This document shows positions 1 through 9,100 of a stretch of DNA of 44,790 nt, piece by piece. Every line of letters begins with the position of its first letter. Position 1 is the stretch's first letter. Location: the IMG/VR virus record IMGVR_UViG_3300018056_000002, positions 1-44,790 of that record; one strand, written 5' to 3'. The position numbers and the translations under genes were made by a program. The notes below the pieces were generated by a model, which worked only from the letters and a program-made list of their open reading frames with translations, did no database searches and was not told the DNA's origin. This DNA is from a virus.

Positions 1-123
1 AAGAGCTCAATCGTGCGCGCGCCGGCCGGCCCGGCATAGCCGCGCGTCCCCTCTTGCACGAGGCCGCCGAGCTCGCGCACCAGGACCATCGTATTGAGGG
101 CCGCGCTGAGCGCGTCGCGGCCG
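1..123. repeat. Direct terminal repeat copy 1 (identical to 44668-44790)
   Basis: Compared base by base: aagagctcaatcgtgcgcgcgccggccggc...gcgtcgcggccg occurs at both ends of the window. Confidence 0.95.
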
Positions 124-3100
124 ACGTCCTTCACAAACTCCTCGAGGTCGTCGCCGTCCGACTTCCCGAACAGGCGACTTAAGGCGACCGCGCCGACCGC
201 CGGCATCACGTAGAGCAGGGACAGATGGCCGAGGAAGGTCGCGACCGACGCCGGCGATTTGAAATTGGTCGCGCCGGCCTCGCGCGCCGTCGCGTTGAAA
301 ATCGTATTGCCGTAGCTGTAGAAGGTCAGGAACAGCCGCGCGACCGGACTCCCGCGCTGCACCTGCGCCAGGTCCTTGATCTGTCCGCCGCCTTGCGAGT
401 CGAGCACGGCCTGGTCGGCGAGGGCGATCGCGCGGGCTTCGTGCTCGCCGCTGGCCATTGATTTTTCGTACTGGCCGAGCCACGTCGGAATATCCGCGAC
501 GCGCTGCATCAGGCCGATGTGCCAGAGGTAGCTATCGAGGATCGTCTGCTGCGTGAGGGTGTCGAGGCTCACCGTCCGCACGAGCGCGTCGAACCAGCCG
601 CCGGGCTGCTGCAGCACTTTGCGGACGTCGCTCAAGTCCTGCGTCCCGGTCGTCACGCGCTCGCGCATCATCGGCGAGACGCTCGCGATCCAGCCGGCCG
701 TCGACTCCATCGACGCGCTGTCACGGAGCCAGCGGATCATCCCTTTCATGACCCACGTCGGCCCGACGCGGCTCATGCCGTTGAAGAGGCCGAGCGGCTG
801 CTGCGCGCCGGTCCACAGGTTGTAGCCCATCGCCGAGAGCTGCGTCCCGGTCCGCATGAAGGTCGCCGCCTTGTCGAGCGTCGAGATCGCCGGCTGGGTC
901 GACCCGATCGCGACGTCCTGCAGCAGCCGCGTGAACTGGTCGCGGACGAGGTCACCTTTCGTCTCGGTCAGCGCCGCCGACACCTGCCCGTCGCGCAAAA
1001 GCCGCGTCACGTCGATCAGCATCTCATGATGCGTCAGGTCATGGATGACCTGCTCGAGATGTTGGAAGACGACGCCGAGCTCGAGCCGGACCGGGAGCGT
1101 CACGTTCTGCTGACGCGCCTCGACGTGGCCGCGGCGCGTCGTCGAGCGGACATAGGACGCCGAGACGGCGAGCTTGGCCTCGGTCGCCGCGGCGTGCTGG
1201 CCGGCGCGCGCGGAGAGGCGCCCGTCGTAGGCGAGCGGGTAGTAGCCGCCGCGCTGCTCGCCGAACTTCGTCAGGACCGGGATCGCCTCGACCTTCTCCG
1301 GCGCGAGGCCCGTCACGCGCTGCTGCTTGGCGGCAATCTCGGGCCAGAAGGTATTGAGGTAATGCCATGTCGCTTGCACGAAGCGCCAGTCGCGCGCGTC
1401 GAGCGTGTCGAGAATCGCCTGTACCTGCGACCCGCTCCACTTGCGCGACGGATCCGCGAGCAGCCGGTCGCGGCTCGTCTGGTTGCCCCAATTCAGGGCG
1501 ACCGCGAGGCGGCCTTCTTTCGACAGACTGCCCTGGATCGCGGGGATGAACGTCTTCGTATTGAGCGTCGCGAGCTCGCGGCCAGGATAGTGCTCGGCAA
1601 GGATCGCCGTGTAGGCGGTGCCCGCCTCGCGCTTGCGCGTCGCTTCGGCGTCGGCTGCGGCGTTCAGCGGGCGGATGATCGCCTCCCACAGTGCGCCGCC
1701 GTCGACGTGGCCGTCGAGCGCGTGGACGAGCGTCGCGATCTTGGTGTGGCTGGCGAACCAATCGGCGACCTTGCGGTACTTCTCGTCTGCCGGCCGGAAC
1801 TCGAGCGGCATCGCGCGCGCCGTCGTGTGTTCCCGGATCGACGTCACCAGCCCGTCGCGCACGACGGCGAACTCCCGCGCGTCGGCCGCTTTTAAGAGCT
1901 TATTTTTCAGTCGCGCGAGATGCACGATCTGCGCGAGGCCGTCGGTAATGCCGACGAGCTCCTCGACCGTGACTTCCTGGTAGTTGATGCGCCGCGCATC
2001 GTTGAGCACCACCTCGGGCAGATCGTCGACCGGCAACCCTTCGCCCTCGAGCTCGGCGATCCACTTGCGGATCGCGGCCCGCCGCGCGAGCACCTTCGGC
2101 GCGACGGTCGCGAACTCGTAGCGGTCGAGAATGCCGTCGGCCTGGTCGAGATACCCAGCGCCGGCGAGGCCGAGCTGCTGCCGGGCGGGTCCCTTCCCGA
2201 GGGCCTGCGCCCGCGCCACGCGCGCCGCGACGTCTTCCATGACGCGCGCCGCTTCCCGGTAGAGCGCGAGGTTCATCAATTCCTGTTGCTTCGCGGCGAT
2301 CGCGCCGTCGACGTCCTGCCGGGCCGCGCTGTCGATCGCGGTCTGTGCCGCCCGCCGCGAGGCCGACCAGTAGAGCGCCGGCTTGACGGCCTGGATCTTC
2401 GTCTTCGCGATCCGGTCGCGGGCGAAGGCGCGGAGCACGGTCGCCGGCGGGAGGGCCGCCTGGATTCGCGCCGCGGCGCCGCGGGTCTGTTGCTTGAGAT
2501 GGCGGACCTGGTCGCGCAGCTCGTCGACCTCGACCTGCTTGCGTCCTTCGGCGATCGCGATCCGGAGCTTCGCTTCCGCCTCGAGCCAGCGGCGCTCGTA
2601 CGCGCGCTCCGGTTCGTCGACCGCCGCGGCGCTCGCGCGGGCGGTCTGCCGTTTCAGCGCGCCCAGCGCGGCCATCTCCTCGCGGATGACCTCCTCGCGG
2701 CCGTCGTTGGCGACCGCGGCCTGCGCCTTGGCGTGCAGCGTGCCGTCGAGGAGCAGACTCCCGTGCTCGGCGAGCATCCGGCGATCCGTCTCCTGTTGAA
2801 TCACGCCGCGCATCGCCGGCGCCGCGGTGATGGCGGTCAGGAGCTCGTCGGCGGAGGAGAAGCCGAACATCTCGGCGACGAGGGCCGGGTGGAACCCGCC
2901 CGTCACCGTGTAGAGGTACGGTTTGGGCAGCGCCTTGAGCCGCGCCTCGCCGAACTCGGCGACGAGGATCGCCCGCGAGAGCTTGAGCGGTTCCGGGGCG
3001 GCGCCTTCGGTCAGCGGCGAGCCGTCCGGGTTGGTGCCGCGCTGCATCGCCGCGAGCGCCCGGTAGACGGGTTGCTGATGGACGTCGGCGGCGACGGCCG

Positions 3101-6100
3101 CTTCGATCGTGGCGCGCGCGGCCTTCCATGCGGCCGTCTGTGCGCGCTGCACTTCGGCCAGCAGCTTGCGCTCGAGGGTTTCGCGCGCGAGCCGCGAGGC
3201 GTCCTGGACCTTCGCGGCGTAGCGGCTGAATGTCTGCTCGGACATCCCGGCCGCCGCCGCCGTCGTGAACATCGGTTGCACGCTGCCCGCTTGCTCCGCG
3301 TCGGCAATCGCCTGGTCGGTCGCGATCAGCCGGTCGAAGACGCCGCGCACCTCCGGCGACAGGTCCACCTTGAGCGATCGGAGCGACTTGTAGACGCCGA
3401 TCAGCCAGGCGCGGAAATTGGCGAACGCCGAGCGCAATTCGACGGACGGGGCCTTGCCCTCCATCAGGTAGGCTTCAAAGCCGCGCGCGAACTGTTCGTG
3501 CTGCGCGACGTCGATCGCCTGCCCGGTGTCGCCCTCGGGGAACAGCCACGCGCGCAGCGTCGTGAGGTCGCCGGCGATCGGCGGTGACGTCGGGGCGAGG
3601 TCCTGCAGCACCTCGAGGAAGAAATGTCCACTCTCGTGCAGGAAGGTCGAGAGGTCGGCGCGGGCGAAGAGGTTGATCGCGAATTGGCGATCGTCGCCGA
3701 AGGCGATCGAGCCGCGGCGCTCGGGCGTGTCGGCCGCGGCGGCGTTGGGCTGTTGGAAGAGGGCTTGCCCGCCGAGCACGGCGGTCCGGAGCTCGGGCGT
3801 CAGGGCGACCGCCGGCACCGTCACCGCCGCCGCGTGCTCCGCGATCCACGCCTCCGCGGCCGACCCGGACGCGAACACCGGCGCCGCGTCGATAAAGAGA
3901 TTCGTCCGGCGGTCAACCAAGCGCCAGCGTCCGCCGCCGACTTCGGTCAGGTCGTAGGGCGCGACGTCACCGGTTCGGAGGTCGACCGTCGCGACCTTGC
4001 CGCCGTTGCGCTTGACCGCGGGGAGCCCGTTGACGACGTTTTTGAAATCGACGTCATACAGGCGCTTGAGCCCTTCACCGCCGATCTTCAGATTCTCGCC
4101 GGCGAGACTGCGCTGCGGCTCGCTCTTCAGGTCAGCGTTCTGCCGGACCATCTCACCAGCGGCGTCTTCCTGACTGCCGTACGTGCCCATCAGCGTACCG
4201 TCCTGATACCGGATGCCCCATTGCGACCAGGAGCGCGACTCTGGCGTGTGCTCGGAGAGCGGCACTTCGACATAGTGCCCGGTGTCACCGCGGCCCCCCG
4301 CGCCCGCCTCGAACTCCACCGGCACGGCGCCGACGGCGTCACCTCGCGCGCGCAGTCGGGCCATCACGTCGCTTTCCTTGCGATCGCCTTCGCTCTGCTC
4401 GATCCGGTTGACGATCTCCTTGCCGACGAGCGCCTCGAGCTCCTTGAGCGTCGCGCCCATGCGCTCGGCTTGGTCGAGACTTCGGCCGTCTTTCCAGACG
4501 GTCAAGTTGTAGGTCCCATCTGCGCGCTTCGTGTAGCGGATCTCGTCGACCTGCTTCTCGAGTGAGTAGCGCGCCGCCTGCTGCTCACCGGTCGTCCATG
4601 CGACCGCGTCGAGGCCCTGCTCGGCGGCGTGGCGCAGCGCCCACTTGAAGCCGAGCTCGCGCCAGTTCTTCGTGAACAGCGCCGGCATCTTTTTTTGTTC
4701 GTCTTCGTGCGGCGGTTGGACCTCCTCGAGAAAGAGGACCCGCTGCCCGTCGACCGTCGTGCGCGTGTTCAGACGAATCCGGACGATCGGGTTCTCGATG
4801 TTGCTGTATTCCTCGTGTCCGTCCTCCCAGGTGCTCAGATGTCGGCGGCTCTGATGATGCGCCGTCCATTGCTCAAGCGCGTGCGGCACTTTCACGGTAT
4901 CCGCCTCTGCGGCGCCGACATAGAGCTTGCGCGGCTTGTCGTTCTCGAGCCAAGGCTTCCCGTTGACCGACACGGTATACGGAATCATGTTGCTGCCGGT
5001 CGGCTCGAACACCTGATCGACAGTAATAGTTGGCGGCGGCCCCGCAGTCGGATCGACCGGCGGCACCGTCAGGAACACTTCGCGGTAACTGCCAGGATCG
5101 CCGCCCGGCAGCACATATCTCGAATAACGGGTCTGGTCGGTACCATCCATCTCACGCTCAGCCTGTGCGAGGGCCTCGCCCCAATTGGCTGCGCTGCGGG
5201 CGTCCTCGAGCAGCAATTCGCGCCGTTTGTCCTCGAACGCCTCGCGGCGGTCCTCAACCGCGGCGTCGGCCGCCGCCTGCGCCTCGTCCTCGGTGTCGTA
5301 CCACTCGCCGAGGTCATCGCCGTCGACAGACGCCTCGTACTGCTGTTCGTCCTCGTCGAAGTGAATCGCGATCCGTCCATAGTCGTAGTGCGTGCCCTGC
5401 TCCTCGAGCCGGTCAACCTCGGCGTCGACCTCGGCGTCGTACAGCTCGGTCGCACGCACGTGGACAGCGTCCTTGTCCGGCCCCGCGTCGTCCTCGAGCG
5501 TCACGTCCTCGACCGTGACCGCGTTCGCCTGCAGATACTCGAGCACCTCCTGCCGGGTGTAGCTCCGGCCATCCTCGAGGTCGCCGACAGACGCGAGCGC
5601 GAACTCGTCTTTGTTGATCCCGATCTTCGCGTTGCGGATCGTCGCCTTCCACTGCGCGCCGCTCGCCTTCGCTTGCTTCGACTCTTCGACCGCACGGGTC
5701 AGCCGCGAGTAGAAGGTCGGCGCCGTAGACGCCGCCGCCGTCGGCTGCAGCACTTGAAACAGCGTCGTCTGTTTCACCTTCGCCTTTGCCGTCTCGCTCG
5801 TCAGGCTGAAGGGCGCCTCCATCGCCGGCGTCGCGACGTCCGTCTCGCGCACGGCGCCGACGTCGCCGGGAAGGCGCGGCTGCTGCTCGCCGGTGTCGAG
5901 GGTGTCGGCCTTGTCGACCTGTGCTGCCAGCCATCGCTCCCGCCCGGACAGGTCGGCGATGTGCTCGTCGATCTTGCTGAGTGTTGCTCGGGCCGCCTCT
6001 ATCGCCTCGTCTGGCGCGTCACTGACAATGCGCTCGAGCGCCTTGATCCGCTGCGTCCGCCAGGTCGCCAGCTTCGCGCGGACGTCCGCGAGGGTCGCCG

Positions 6101-9100
6101 CGAGTTGGCTCGCCATACCAGGCCCGCGCTCAGGCTCGCGCCCGATGCTCGCCTCATACGCCAGCAGTTGGTCCGCCTGCGACACCCGGCGCGGCTTGAG
6201 CGCCTGATCGAACTCCGTCACATCGAACGACGCATCGCCCTCGCCCTGATCGACCGCGTCGTCGAAGCCCTCCGACAGCGCCTCGATGAACGCCTCCGGC
6301 GCAACCGTCGCGTCCCGATGGGGCAGCGACACCTTCGACAGCAACGAGAAGTCGCCGGCGGCCCGCTGCTCTGCGACCCGGAGCACGCCTTCCTGCAGAT
6401 TGTTTGCGACGTCGGTCGTCGCCATCACGCCGCGGATGGCGGTGAGCACGGCCGCGCGGGTGCCGCGGGCCTGCTTGGCCGGTTTCCCGGCCTGCTTGCC
6501 GCGCTGCAGATTGACCGGCGACCACGCCAGCACGTCGTCATAGACCGGCGCGCCGGCGGCGCCTCCGGTGATGTCTGCGGACCCGCCGGCCGCGTTGCCC
6601 GTCTTCGGTCCCCCCTCCTCGATCCAGTTCCACGACTTACTGACGAAGGGAAAACTTTCCATCTCGTCGAGGATCCGCGCGAGCTCGCGATGGACCTCCG
6701 GCGTGAGACGCGCGCGGTTGGCTTCTAGGGAGTGTCGCTCGAAGACTTCGTCGACGTCGGGAAGTCCGGGGGTCGGTAGTCGGCCAGGATCAGCGCGGTC
6801 GTCAGCGCGTCCTGCTTCGACCAGCCCGCCCGCTTCAGCGTCAGGCTGTTCTGCAGGACGATCTGAAAGTCCTTGCCGGGTTTCAGGTGAATCTGTGGCA
6901 TCGGAAGCTGCTCCAGTCTGCGGTGTCGCAGGAGTCCTGTCAACGACCAATTCTGTCGGTGCCCACTTCGGCGACCGTTTGCGCGCTTCCTTGCGGTTTT
7001 TCAGTTGCACATCGGCGGTGTTGTAATCCGGGCCGATCGTGCCGCTGACGGAGACACTGACGCCATCAGTCGTGCGGGTGCCGACGAGAGCCTCGACACG
7101 GTTCCGGATCTGTTCGGCCACGCGCACGCCCGCGAGCACGGCAAACTCGTCGCCGCCGGTCCGAAACACCCGCTCGCCGAACCCGAACTCCGTCGCCGCC
7201 TGCTTGATGACCGCGGCAATGTCCTTCAGCGCGGTATCGCCGGCGACGTGCCCGACTTCGTCATTGAGCGCCTTGAAATTGTTCACATCGAAGGTGACAA
7301 ACGCCGTCTCAGGGTCGGCTTCCGCAGTCGCCTGCGCCCGTTCAAAGGCCGCGCGATTTGCCAGCCCGGTCAGCGGTTCGATGTCGGCAGTACGCTTGGC
7401 GTCGCGCAGTTCCGTCTCGAGCTGCTGAACATGCGCCTCCGATCCTCGCGCCGGAGCCTCCGCGGCTTGCGCAGGCATCGCCGCAGACGGCGCCGCCGGC
7501 GCCGCTGGCTGCGCCGCGACGGCGGCATCGGCGACAGCCGCGGCCTGCACATCAGGCCGCGCGATCGTGAGCCCGTAGCGCTCGTAGAGGGCCAAGGGGT
7601 CGAGGCCGGCGCGCGCCGCCAACGTGCCGAAGGTCGACTCGTAGAGTGTCGCGTAGCTCTCCGCGGTCGCTCGCGGCACGCCGGCCGCCTCGAGCTGCGC
7701 GAGCACCGCCACGCGCACCGGCGCCGCGGGCTCGGGCTCCGGCGTCGCAATCGCTTCCCCCGCAAGGTTGGCTTCGTACGCGGTCGCCTCGCGGACGTTC
7801 ATCTCGTCCGGACCGGCCCGGAGCTCGTTCACGAAAAACGCGTGATGGTCGGTGCCGGCGACCTTGGCGACGTAGCGCGCGGTCGGGATCGCGAGGTCCT
7901 GCCCGGTCGCCACGGCGGTCTGATACGACGCCGGATCGCCGGTGAGCTCCGCCGCCATCGCCGCCGGGTCGACGCCCTGTCCCTGCCAGTAGGTCGCGAA
8001 CGGGCCGACCGGCGCGTAGACGTGCTCGAGCGGGCCGCCCTTGACCGCCTGCGCGACGAGATCCTGCACCGCCTCCGGCGACCGCTGCAGCGTCTTCGAT
8101 TCACTGGCGGCCTCGCCCAGCTTCTCGAGGACGTGCGCCGTCGCGTGTGCGGCTGATGTCGTCGCGCCGACCGCGACGAGCGTGCTGATTGCGGTCGCGA
8201 CCATTGCGGACGGTTGCTCACGCGCGTAGTCGCCGAGCGTTTTCTCTTTATTCGACGGGAGCGCGGCCCATTCGCCGAGATTCTGCAACACCGTCGCGAC
8301 TTCTTCGGTCGCAATCTCTGGCACGATCTGCCCGATGAGAAGTTTCAGGAACGGGGTTTTCGCCGCGAGGCCGCCAAGGAGTTTCGTCGCCGGGATGTAT
8401 TCGGTCGCAACTTCCACCGCGCCCTGGAATCCGCCGAAGGCGAGCGATTTCTCGACGCCGACCCCTTGCTCGCGCGCCTGCGCGTAGGCTTGGCCGCCCG
8501 TGGTCACGCCGGCCACGCCGAGCATCGGCGCGGCGGACCCGCCCGTCAGCAGTGACAGCGCCAAACCGGGCGCCATCTGGCCGACTGACTCCACGCCGCC
8601 ATAGATGGATCGCTCGACGAAGCCGGCGCCGTGCTGCTCGCCGCGGGCTTTGTCGGCGAGGTATTTTGCGACCGCGGCACTGCCGCGCGCGAACTCGGCG
8701 ACGCGCGCGCTCACCGGCGTCGGCGGGATGAACGTCTCCCCGTCCCAGCGTCCGCCATCGTTGGCGCCTGTGGAGTACTTCGACTCGACCGAGAACGTCG
8801 GATGGCCGTGTTGCTTGTAGGTATCGGGAAAGTGCGGCCCATCCTCGTACGTTTTCCGCTGATCGCCGCCGGCGGAGGCGATGTCCTTCCAATAGCCGCG
8901 GTAGTCGTACTTGCTCTGTGGCGCATCGACATCGGTGATTTTGTTCGCGGTCACCCATGCCCGAAACGCCTGTTCGTCCTGTGGCGCAAGCGTGGTGACT
9001 TCCTTCGCGCCAGTCCCGACGACACCGGCCTGGAGTTCGTCGAGTGCGCTCACACTCTCCGCGCCCGCCTGAATCGCGCCCCAGGCGCCCGCTGAGAAGC

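Noticed and set aside
519-8156. Long plus-strand ORFs (519..1895, 1920..3587, 3624..4565, 4629..6728, 7005..8156) that look like five large genes
   Set aside because: They are antisense shadows of the giant minus-strand ORF. Their products are Arg/Leu/Asp-rich and low-complexity, and no motifs are recognisable. The minus frame gives coherent conserved motifs with high third-position G+C.
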